Source: Candidatus Poribacteria bacterium (GTDB lineage: Bacteria > Poribacteria > WGA-4E > WGA-3G). From it: a stretch of 64,000 bases of DNA. Position 1 is the first letter of the stretch. The number at the start of each line of letters is the position of its first letter. Location: positions 3,008,001-3,072,000 of the forward strand of contig CBDANF010000003.1 in assembly GCA_965197475.1 (NCBI GenBank). The letters run 5' to 3'. Positions 18,008 through 26,829 of the stretch are shown here, in pieces. Below the pieces are notes generated by a model, which ran no database searches, was not told the DNA's origin, and saw only the letters and a program-made list of their open reading frames with translations. The translations under genes and the position numbers were made by a program.

Positions 18008-20851
18008 TTATTTCGTGTTTATATCCGCATCAATGCCGACGAACATACTCCATTTACCACCGCCCTGACTAACTTTAACCAGCAAAAGGTTATCTCCTGC
18101 CTTCAAACCAACCTTGAAGCTATCCTGAAAGTTTTCTGCACCACGGTTCACAGCTTTTTTATACACTACTTTACCGTTGAGCCACACCTTGATAGCGTCA
18201 TCACTTCCAGCAAACATCCTCACGTCAGACTGATCTGTATCAGATTTAAGAGTAATGAGTGCATAAGCGGAATGGTCTTTCAAGTAAAAATCATCTGCTT
18301 TAGTTCTTCTATTCTTGCCGCGAACGAAATCGATTCTATTGACAACTTCATTGACATTATTATCGCTGGTGTCAGAAATCTTTGCCCGCGTCCAAACATA
18401 ATCACCTGCGACATCGCCTGCTTTCGCTCCGTTTTCTGCCACGGTGTTTTCAGTCACAACGCCTTTACTAATGGTAGCCAGTGAATCGCTGTCAATGGAA
18501 TTTGCACCGCCTTGTCCGGGTTCAGTTGGCGCGATCATCCAGAGCCACGGACCAGCAATTTTGTCCACGTTGTAGATGAGGTGCCACATATTATGACGGA
18601 TATTAGGGCTCTTTTCAAGTAGTACTCGAATAGGGGAAAAATCTTCAATCGGATTTTGAGTTATAGATAATTCCCTTAAGTTTGTCATCTCTGCAAGCGG
18701 TTTAATATCTGTGATTTGGTTTCTATCAATCTTTAAAACACGCAAATTCTGCATTTTTGCGAGCGGACGAATGTCATGAATCTGATTCTTACGGAGATTT
18801 AAATTTGTTAAATTCGTTGCGTGTTCAATACCAGTAAGGTCGGTTATACCTTGATCACTGACATCAAAATTTCCGTGCGTATTAAGTCCGACTAAGTTTA
18901 GCATATCCAATTGCGTAATGGCAGATTCTGGAGACAATTTCAAAGCTTTGCGCACCGCAGCCGCTAAATTGGCATCCGGTATTGAGATTGCTTTAGGTGG
19001 TGGCAGCAGAGAAGTCATGGTGATTGGAAACTTCTGTACGGTAAAATATCCATGCTTATCTATGACTCGAAGCCGTACAGAAGTCGCCTTAGGTGTTAAC
19101 CGCGTTGTGACGAATTCAACCGTGCTTTTTTCACCGTTCAAGGCTTTAAAATCCTGCAATTTTGAGAAAGGAGATTTATGAGATTCGGCGATAAGGAATT
19201 GTACCTGATGGAGTCCATCGGGGTCAGTTATGTCAAATTGGAAACGTATACCGTTAGCCTCATCTTCGCGTGTTGGGGTAGCCATCTGAATTGTCGTGGG
19301 TTGGTTGAGGCCAGTTATGTGAGAATTGAAATAGCGATGTACATTCAACCACTGTGCGGCACAGAAAGATGTCGACATCGGTTCAGTTGAATATAAATCT
19401 ATCCACGGTTTCAAATTGTTGCGATAGTCGTGTGATAATCCAAACGCATGTCCGAGTTCGTGGACGGTCACATCACTTTCATCAAAGCAGTAACCTGAAG
19501 CGGGGATGACTACTGTTCCGCCAAAATCACCGCGGTGTTCGCCAAATCCGCATGCGAAACCATCAAGGAGTTCTATGCTACTATCTAAAGCAGCAAGATA
19601 GATGTTGTCATAGGTATCGAACTGTTTATCAATTTCATCCCATATCTTCATGGACTTTTTTTGATAATATTTATCTGGGAACTTGCCTTTTACATGATGT
19701 ACGACCACATTTCCAGAAGGATCAGTTTCAAACTTAAAGGTTTTCCTACCGAATCCGTGGTATTCCATCTGTGAGGCGAAAATTTGCTGTACCTTCTTTA
19801 TTAATTTATCTAACTTTGCATCTATATCAGGTTGAGGGGAGCGGTCACTTGGGATGAAGTAGATTAAGCGGACAGTATTTGGTTCGCTTTGTGATTTTTT
19901 ACTTTCCATGATCTTCTGGACACGGAGTGTTCCATCATCAAGACCGCTACTTGCGATGGTGGTTCCGTCCAGTGAGAAGGCTGCTTCCATAACCCAACCG
20001 GTGTATCCTGTAATTGCAGTGATTTTTTTACCGTTTTCAACAGACCAAATGCTTACTTCTGCATAACTAGCACTGGCGAGACTCTTACCGTCCGGCGAAA
20101 AGGCGAGATCGAATACCGAAGTAACCTGTTTAATGCTACCGACTACTTTCCAATTTGACACCGACCATAGTTTGATATTCCCTTCCCTACCTGCACCGGC
20201 AAAGGTTTGACTATCTGGTGAAAAGGCAATAGCATCGATCCAGATTTTATCACATTCCAACCGGGCAATAACTTGTCGTTTCTCAACATCCCAAATTTTT
20301 ATATGTTTTCCATCTACGGCGGCGAGAAGTTGCCCATTCGGTGAAAAAACGACTGCAAGCACCCAGTCATCATGTTTAAATGTTCCGATCTCATTATGGT
20401 TATCAACATCCCATAATTTCACACTAATGTATCCTGCACTCGCGAGGGTGTGTCCATCAGGTGAAAATGCTAAAGAAGTGATATTTGATGGTCCAAAACC
20501 ACCGAAACTATGTTTTAACGTGGCAATATTTTGTTTACGATGGACATCCCAAAGCTTCAAGACACGGTCATCGCTACCACTCGCGAGTAATTTTCCATCC
20601 GGAGAGAATGCTACAGTATTAACTTTGTCCGTATGTCCAGTAAGGGTTGTTGAGGTGTTATCCTGTAAATTCCATATTTTAACGGTGTGGTCATCACTGG
20701 CACTGGCAACAAGCGAGGCATCCACAGGTGAGTATTCGACCGCTTGGATAGAACCACCATGTTTAAGAACTGTGGGTTGCTGTGCCAAACCAGAGAAACA
20801 AAAATTCAATAAGAGCGCAAAAAGAACAAGTAAAAACTTATTTGATTGCAT
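18008..20851 (-). CDS. Secreted WD40-repeat, zinc-metallopeptidase-motif, LRR, C-terminal beta-sandwich protein (paralog A)
   Basis: Signal peptide; GHTDKVNTVAFSPDG..LASGS...KLWD repeats; HELGHAFGLSH; internalin-like LRRs (LNLRKNQIHDIRPL); DDAIKVWLNG C-domain. Confidence 0.85.
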   Translation of the reverse strand: MQSNKFLLVLFALLLNFCFSGLAQQPTVLKHGGSIQAVEYSPVDASLVASASDDHTVKIWNLQDNTSTTLTGHTDKVNTVAFSPDGKLLASGSDDRVLKLWDVHRKQNIATLKHSFGGFGPSNITSLAFSPDGHTLASAGYISVKLWDVDNHNEIGTFKHDDWVLAVVFSPNGQLLAAVDGKHIKIWDVEKRQVIARLECDKIWIDAIAFSPDSQTFAGAGREGNIKLWSVSNWKVVGSIKQVTSVFDLAFSPDGKSLASASYAEVSIWSVENGKKITAITGYTGWVMEAAFSLDGTTIASSGLDDGTLRVQKIMESKKSQSEPNTVRLIYFIPSDRSPQPDIDAKLDKLIKKVQQIFASQMEYHGFGRKTFKFETDPSGNVVVHHVKGKFPDKYYQKKSMKIWDEIDKQFDTYDNIYLAALDSSIELLDGFACGFGEHRGDFGGTVVIPASGYCFDESDVTVHELGHAFGLSHDYRNNLKPWIDLYSTEPMSTSFCAAQWLNVHRYFNSHITGLNQPTTIQMATPTREDEANGIRFQFDITDPDGLHQVQFLIAESHKSPFSKLQDFKALNGEKSTVEFVTTRLTPKATSVRLRVIDKHGYFTVQKFPITMTSLLPPPKAISIPDANLAAAVRKALKLSPESAITQLDMLNLVGLNTHGNFDVSDQGITDLTGIEHATNLTNLNLRKNQIHDIRPLAKMQNLRVLKIDRNQITDIKPLAEMTNLRELSITQNPIEDFSPIRVLLEKSPNIRHNMWHLIYNVDKIAGPWLWMIAPTEPGQGGANSIDSDSLATISKGVVTENTVAENGAKAGDVAGDYVWTRAKISDTSDNNVNEVVNRIDFVRGKNRRTKADDFYLKDHSAYALITLKSDTDQSDVRMFAGSDDAIKVWLNGKVVYKKAVNRGAENFQDSFKVGLKAGDNLLLVKVSQGGGKWSMFVGIDADINTK

Positions 20852-20876
20852 GTGGAAGTCTCCTTTTATTAATAGC

Positions 20877-20994
20877 AAGACTTACGCAAATTTAGACTCC
20901 TTGGCGAAATTGATCGTAAATCACCGAAGAACGCGAAATGAATTGCACGACTACATATCAAATAACGCTTAAAAGAGCAACCTGCGTAAGTTTT
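20877..20994. mobile_element. MITE-like element with ACTTACGCA...TGCGTAAGT terminal inverted repeats
   Basis: aagacttacgca ... tgcgtaagtttt flanking about 95 bp of non-coding DNA. Confidence 0.55.
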
Positions 20995-21198
20995 ATAATA
21001 TTTTCAAAAAATCAAATATAAGACTCATGCATATTGAAAAGGATTGAAAATTCCCATTTGTCGCCGGCAGGTAATCACTCAATAAATCGCATCAATACAT
21101 TATATCAGCAATTTTTCATTAATATACACTTGTCTTAATCAGATTATTATACCCATTGAGATATTCTATGTCAACTAAAAAATTAAATTAATAATTTC

Positions 21199-21313
21199 AG
21201 GTCTTACACAAATTGAGCAGAGAAGGACATATTTTATGCAAAAAGTCGTTATTTTGGCGTTTTTAACCCCTAAATTCCTTATCATGGGACTTTTGAACTT
21301 ATTGCGTAGTCCT
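21199..21313. mobile_element. Second, degenerate MITE-like element of the same TIR family
   Basis: aggtcttacaca ... tgcgtagtcct, similar length to the 20877 element. Confidence 0.45.
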
Positions 21314-21358
21314 AAATAGGTGAAAATCTTTGTTGCAGCAAAGCTAAATTATGAAATT

Positions 21359-21472
21359 TCATACCTTAAACGAAGCCGTAACCCGCGGAATACTCTCCTC
21401 ACAAGCAAACCGTTCGATGCTGGATGCCCCTACAAACCCTATGGCATCAGTATTCTCATTGATAAATGCAGC
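21359..21472 (-). repeat. Direct repeat copy 2 of the last 114 bp of the TIM-barrel gene
   Basis: 2/114 mismatches to 24549-24662; preceded by a 25-bp linker carrying GGAGA and an in-frame ATG (possible 42-aa ORF 21359-21487). Confidence 0.95.
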
Positions 21473-21497
21473 AACCATTTTAGGCATTATTTCTCCG

Positions 21498-24335
21498 TTA
21501 TTTTGTGGTTACATCCGCATCAATGCCGACGAACATACTCCACTTACCACCGACCTGACTAACTTTAACCAGCAAAAGGTTATCTCCTGCTTTCAAATCA
21601 ACCTTGAAGCTATCCTGAAAGTTTTCTGCACCACGGTTCACAGCTTTTTTATACACCACTTTACCGTTGAGCCACACCTTGATAGCATCATCGCTACCGA
21701 CAAACATCCTCACATCAGATTGATCAATAGTCGACTTTAGTGTGATGAGTGCGTAAGCGGAGTGATCTTTCACGTAAACATCTCTTGCTGCAATTATTGG
21801 ATCACTTCCAGTTTTGAAACCGATTTTTTTGACAAGTTCATTGAGATTATTATCGCTGGTGCCCCTAATCTTTGCTCGCCTCCAAACATTATTACCAACG
21901 ACATCGCCTTCTTTAACACCTTTTACCGCAACGGTTTTTTCAGTCACAACGCCTTTACTAACGGTAGAAAGTGAGTCAACATCAATGGAATTTGCGCCGC
22001 CTTGCCCGGGTTCTGTTGGCGCGATCATCCAGAGCCACGGACCGGTAATTTTTTCCACCGAGTAGATAAGGTGCCACACATCATGTTGAATATTTGGTGC
22101 TTTTTCAAGTAGCGCGCGGAGGGACAACATATTTTCGACTGGATTTTGAATGAGCGATAATTCTCTTAAGTTTGTCATTGCTGTGAGCGGTTTAATATCT
22201 GTGATTTGATTTCTATCAATCTTTAAAACACGCAAATTCTTTAATTTTGAGAGCAGACTAATGTCGCGGATCTTATTCTTACTGAGAATTAAACCTGTTA
22301 AATTCGTCGCGTGTTCAATACCGGTAAGATCGGTTATCTGATGTTCGCTGACATCAAAACTACCGAATGGATTAAGTCCGAATAAGTTAAGCATATCCAA
22401 TTGCGTGATAGGATCTTCTGACGATAGACCGACTGCTTTGCGTACCGCAGCCGCTAAATTAGCATCAGGTATTGTCACAACTTTAGGAGGGGGTAGCAGA
22501 GGAGTCATCGTTATCGGAAACTTCTTTTCGGTATAATATCCGCGTTTATCAATTACTCGAAACGTCACCGATGATGTCTTTGGTGTCAATTGTGTTGTGA
22601 CAAATCCAACAACGTCTTTCTGACCATTCATTGCTTTAAAATCTTGTAATTTTGAGAAAGGAGATTTATGAGATTCGGGTATGAGAAATTGTGCCTGATG
22701 GAGTCCATCGGAGTCAGTTACGTTAAATTGGAAACGGACGCTATTGCTTTCACCAACACGAGTTGGGGTTTCCATTTGAATTGTCGTCGGTTGATTGAAG
22801 TCGGCTTTGGAAGTGTTGAAGTAGCGATGCACATCCAACCACTGTGCGGCACAGAGAGATGTCGTCATAGGTTCATTTGAATATAAATCTACCCAAGCCT
22901 TCAAATTGTTACGATAATCGTGTGCCAATCCAAAAGCATGTCCGAGTTCGTGCACGGTCACATCACTTTCATAAAAACAGTACCCCGAAGCGGGGATGAG
23001 TACTGTTCCCCCAAAATCACCACGGGGGCCGCCGAACCCGCATGCATAACCATCAAGGAGTTCTATGCTACTATCTAAAGCAGCGAGATAGATATTGTTA
23101 TACGTGTCAAACTGTTTATCAATTTCGTCCCAGACCTTTCCAGACTTTTTTTGATAATATTTATCTTTGAACTTACCTTTCACATGATGTACAACCGCTT
23201 TACCAGCTGGATCAGTTTCAAACTTAAAAGTCTTTCTACCAAACCCGTGGTGTTCCATCTGTGAAGCGAAAATATTCTGGACGTTCTTTATTAATTTATC
23301 TAACTTTTCATCTATATCTGGTTGTGGAGAACGGTCATTTGGGATGAAGTAGATTAAGCGTACCGTGTTTGGTTTACCTTGTGATTTTTTTTGTTTCGTA
23401 ATCTTCTGTACGTAGAGTGTTCCATCCTCAAGACCTCCACTTACAATGGTATTTCCGTCAGGTGAAAAGGCAGCTTCCATAACCCAGCCGGTGTGATCTG
23501 AGAATGAAGTGAACCTTTTACCATTTTCAACAGACCAAACGCTTACTGCAGGACCAGCACTAACGATGCTCTTTCCATCAGGTGAAAAAGCAAGGTCCGA
23601 TACCGATGAACTCTCTTTTATGTTACCTATGACTTTCCAATTCGACACCGACCATAATTTGATTTTACCTTCCGACCCACCACTGGCAAAGGTTTGGCTA
23701 TCAGGAGAAAAGGCTATGGCACCGATCCAGTTTGCATCGCCTTCCAGTTGAGTGATAATTTGTCGTTTCTTAACATCCCAAATCTTCATCCGTTTTCCAT
23801 CTACGACGGCAAGGTGTTTTCCATTCGGAGAAAAAATTACTGCATGTACCCAGTCATCATGTTTAAGGGTTGCCGTCTCTACCCAACCGTCAACATCCCA
23901 AAACTTAACACTTTGATACCCCGCACTTGCAAGCATCTCCCCATCAGGGGAAAAAGCTACAGAAATGATTTGTGATGGTCCAGACCGAGAAGGCGTATGT
24001 TTTAACGTAGTGATGTGTTGTTTTCGCTGGACATCCCAGATTTTTATTGCACGGTCATTGCCACCACTCGCTAACAATTTTCCATCCGGTGAAAACGTTA
24101 CAGAATTGACCTTGTCTGTATGTCCTGTGAGAGTGGTTGAGGTATTATCCTGCAAATTCCATAGTTTAATAGTTTGGGAATCACTGGCACTGGTAACCAG
24201 AGAAGTATCCACGGGCGAGAATTCAATTGATTGAATAGAACCACCATGTTTCAAGACTGTAGGTTGCTGAGCAAAACCAGAGATACAAAAAATCAATAGG
24301 AGTCCGATAGTAATAAATGGAAATCTGAATTGCAT
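21498..24335 (-). CDS. Secreted WD40-repeat, zinc-metallopeptidase-motif, LRR, C-terminal beta-sandwich protein (paralog B)
   Basis: Same architecture as 18008-20851 and colinear with it; HELGHAFGLAH. Confidence 0.85.
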   Translation of the reverse strand: MQFRFPFITIGLLLIFCISGFAQQPTVLKHGGSIQSIEFSPVDTSLVTSASDSQTIKLWNLQDNTSTTLTGHTDKVNSVTFSPDGKLLASGGNDRAIKIWDVQRKQHITTLKHTPSRSGPSQIISVAFSPDGEMLASAGYQSVKFWDVDGWVETATLKHDDWVHAVIFSPNGKHLAVVDGKRMKIWDVKKRQIITQLEGDANWIGAIAFSPDSQTFASGGSEGKIKLWSVSNWKVIGNIKESSSVSDLAFSPDGKSIVSAGPAVSVWSVENGKRFTSFSDHTGWVMEAAFSPDGNTIVSGGLEDGTLYVQKITKQKKSQGKPNTVRLIYFIPNDRSPQPDIDEKLDKLIKNVQNIFASQMEHHGFGRKTFKFETDPAGKAVVHHVKGKFKDKYYQKKSGKVWDEIDKQFDTYNNIYLAALDSSIELLDGYACGFGGPRGDFGGTVLIPASGYCFYESDVTVHELGHAFGLAHDYRNNLKAWVDLYSNEPMTTSLCAAQWLDVHRYFNTSKADFNQPTTIQMETPTRVGESNSVRFQFNVTDSDGLHQAQFLIPESHKSPFSKLQDFKAMNGQKDVVGFVTTQLTPKTSSVTFRVIDKRGYYTEKKFPITMTPLLPPPKVVTIPDANLAAAVRKAVGLSSEDPITQLDMLNLFGLNPFGSFDVSEHQITDLTGIEHATNLTGLILSKNKIRDISLLSKLKNLRVLKIDRNQITDIKPLTAMTNLRELSLIQNPVENMLSLRALLEKAPNIQHDVWHLIYSVEKITGPWLWMIAPTEPGQGGANSIDVDSLSTVSKGVVTEKTVAVKGVKEGDVVGNNVWRRAKIRGTSDNNLNELVKKIGFKTGSDPIIAARDVYVKDHSAYALITLKSTIDQSDVRMFVGSDDAIKVWLNGKVVYKKAVNRGAENFQDSFKVDLKAGDNLLLVKVSQVGGKWSMFVGIDADVTTK

Positions 24336-24349
24336 GTTGAAGTTCCTTT

Positions 24350-24508
24350 TATAGTAGATTTTAGAATTACTTGGACATTGTTATCGGTCCAGTTGGGAAA
24401 CAGTTCCTACCGCATATTTTGTAGCACAAACTTTTAGTTTGTGTCGTCCTTGCGCAAACTGAAAGTGGACGCTACAGCAGTGTCCAGATAATTACAGATT
24501 TTACTATA
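24350..24508. mobile_element. MITE-like element with about 27-bp imperfect terminal inverted repeats and an internal GTAG...CTAC hairpin
   Basis: atagtagattttagaattacttggaca versus tgtccagataattacagattttactat; internal gtagcacaaac..gtttgtg...gctac. Confidence 0.55.
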
Positions 24509-24548
24509 ATAGATTGAAAATCATGCTGTAATTTATATCATCCGATTT

Positions 24549-25370
24549 TCATTCCTTAAACGAAGCCGTAACCCGCGGAATACTCTCCTCACAAGCAAAC
24601 CGTTCGATGCTGGATGCCCCTACAAACCCTACGGCATCAGTATTCTCATTGATAAATGCAGCCTCCGGTGCTTTTGAGATAGGACCACCGTGTGACAAGC
24701 AGATCACATCAGGATTCTGTGCCTTCGCAGCATCACAAATTTCTTGCACTCGGACTGCTGCGTCTTTGAGTGTAAAAGCGGTTTCAGCACCAATTGTGCC
24801 ACCAATCGTAGTACCCATGTGTGCAATAATAACGTCCGCGCCGACCTTTGCCATATTCTCAGATTCTTCGGGGTTAAAGACATAGACGATGGTAAACAGA
24901 TCCATCTCATGTGCGATGCCGATTGTCTCAACCTCTTTATAGAACCCCATTCCTGTTTCTTCAAGGGTCACCCGAAAAGTGCCATCAATCACGCCAACGG
25001 TAGGAAAGTTATTGACACCATCAAAACCTACATCCCGAATCTGCTTAAGAAAGTTACTCATTCTTCGTGTAGGATCGGTACCGTTCACGCCAGCGATTAC
25101 CGGTGTTTCCTTCACAACAGGTAAAACTTCTCGTTCACCCATTTCCATCACGATGGCGTTTGCATCACCGTACGCCAAAAGCCCAGCGCATGATCCAAAC
25201 CCTGACATCCTGTAGCGACCAGAGTTGTAAATCACAATCAGATCCGCGCCACCTTTTTCCGCAAATTTCGCAGTGATACCTGTTCCTGCACCGACAGCAA
25301 GCAAGGATTTACCTTTATCTAACTCCGATTTGAGTCGATCTAACACCTCATCTCGTGTATAATCTGGCAT
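24549..25370 (-). CDS. Phosphoenolpyruvate hydrolase family / TIM-barrel signal transduction (Tm-1-like) protein
   Basis: GAGTGITAKFAEKGGADLIVIYNSGRYRM, NFPTVG, HGGPI, GFVGASSIER. Confidence 0.88.
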   Translation of the reverse strand: MPDYTRDEVLDRLKSELDKGKSLLAVGAGTGITAKFAEKGGADLIVIYNSGRYRMSGFGSCAGLLAYGDANAIVMEMGEREVLPVVKETPVIAGVNGTDPTRRMSNFLKQIRDVGFDGVNNFPTVGVIDGTFRVTLEETGMGFYKEVETIGIAHEMDLFTIVYVFNPEESENMAKVGADVIIAHMGTTIGGTIGAETAFTLKDAAVRVQEICDAAKAQNPDVICLSHGGPISKAPEAAFINENTDAVGFVGASSIERFACEESIPRVTASFKE

Positions 25371-25391
25371 ATAGTTTTCCTTTCTTAATCG

Positions 25392-26786
25392 TTATTCATC
25401 CCGTGATTTTGCTTGTAAACGCGCTGCCTCACCTGGATTTCCGATGTGCATCGTATTATACGCCTGCTCGGATGACTTAAAGGGACCGACACCTTTGTGA
25501 CCATGCCAATCGCCTTGATTCATAATCGGGTTTGACAGTCCAGTTTCCTTCTCACGCTGAAGTATCCAGTTCTTCATCCGCGTTTCCAGAACGTTGACAA
25601 TGTCAGGATGTGTCTCAACAAGATTGTTATTCTCATCTGGGTCTTGGATGAGGTTGTAGAGTTCGACAGGCGGCTTGTAATGGAAATCGGGTTCAAGTGC
25701 TACAATCAGTTTCCATTCTGGTGTCCGCCATCCGTGCTTACGCATCCACGTACATTCTGTGATATAAAACTCGCTATCATAAGATGCAATCTCCCCACTA
25801 ATTAGAGACGTGAGGCTTTTACCATCAAATGCGATGTCTGTTTCAATATCTGCTAACTCAAGAAGTGTCGGCACAAGGTCTTTGTGTTGGTTGTATCCAG
25901 AGACACGCTTTCCAGCAGGCACACGACCCGGATATCGGATGATGAGCGGCACATGCAGCGTTACATCGTAGATTCCGTGATGGTCAAACCAGCATTCGTG
26001 ATCATAGAGGGTTTCACCGTGGTCACCATTGATAATAACGATAGTTTCGTCCAGCACACCGCGTGTTTCAAGTGCATTAAAAAGCGTCTGAATACAAGCA
26101 TCCATATATGCAACTGCACCATCATACTGCGCTATGACATAATCTTTATCTGTAATACCCACCGGCATCCATGAAGCAAAGTAATCGCAAAACGGTTTGA
26201 ATGACATCACAGGTTCCATAGATTTGTTGCTCGGATCACACGCATCGCCGTGGTAGAACATCCGTTCATAAGGAGCAGGAGGCAGATAAGGCGAATGTGG
26301 ATCCATGTGTCGCAGGAACAGGAAAAACGGCTTTTCATCACTTTGATCGATTAACCGATTCAACTCAGGAAGAGTCGTTTTATTTAGGTTTTCTGCTTTG
26401 GGACTCCGTCCTGTATCATCAGGTCCCCATCCTGAGAATTCGAGATAAGTATCAAAACCACGCGCACTCGGTCCACCGAATCCAACACACGTAGTATCAT
26501 ACCCAGCGTCCTTCAGAATTTCCGCCAACGTTTTAACCTCTTCGCGGAGCGGTCCTTGGTGTCGAAGTGCTACGACTTGCGTGCTAAAGGTGTCCATACC
26601 TGTGAGCATAGATGCATACGCACTCGTTGTTGGGACATGGGGACTATAAGTTTTCTCAAAAAGAGTCCCTCCTTCCGCAAACCTATCAATGTGTGGTGTT
26701 GTCTGTTGATAATACCCATAACAACTCATGTGTGTAGCGAGAAGGGAATCAACCCCCATCAGGACGATATTTGGTTGTTTTGCCAT
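25392..26786 (-). CDS. Sulfatase-like / alkaline phosphatase superfamily hydrolase
   Basis: PNIVLMGVDSL, DPHSPY, YDGAVAYMD, GDHGE, HVPLIIRYP, ELYNLIQDPDE; lacks the canonical CxPxR. Confidence 0.85.
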   Translation of the reverse strand: MAKQPNIVLMGVDSLLATHMSCYGYYQQTTPHIDRFAEGGTLFEKTYSPHVPTTSAYASMLTGMDTFSTQVVALRHQGPLREEVKTLAEILKDAGYDTTCVGFGGPSARGFDTYLEFSGWGPDDTGRSPKAENLNKTTLPELNRLIDQSDEKPFFLFLRHMDPHSPYLPPAPYERMFYHGDACDPSNKSMEPVMSFKPFCDYFASWMPVGITDKDYVIAQYDGAVAYMDACIQTLFNALETRGVLDETIVIINGDHGETLYDHECWFDHHGIYDVTLHVPLIIRYPGRVPAGKRVSGYNQHKDLVPTLLELADIETDIAFDGKSLTSLISGEIASYDSEFYITECTWMRKHGWRTPEWKLIVALEPDFHYKPPVELYNLIQDPDENNNLVETHPDIVNVLETRMKNWILQREKETGLSNPIMNQGDWHGHKGVGPFKSSEQAYNTMHIGNPGEAARLQAKSRDE

Positions 26787-26829
26787 GTTCCATATTCTCC
26801 TTTACATATCCATTATTTTCAATGCGAAA

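Noticed and set aside
17927-21740. Similar plus-strand ORFs 17927-18484 and 21351-21740 (and 24607-24885)
   Set aside because: Antisense shadows of the duplicated WD40 3' ends and TIM repeats; no independent coding evidence
17869-24662. 114-bp repeats as DGR template/variable repeats
   Set aside because: Mismatches are not adenine-specific (mostly synonymous third positions) and no reverse transcriptase is in the window
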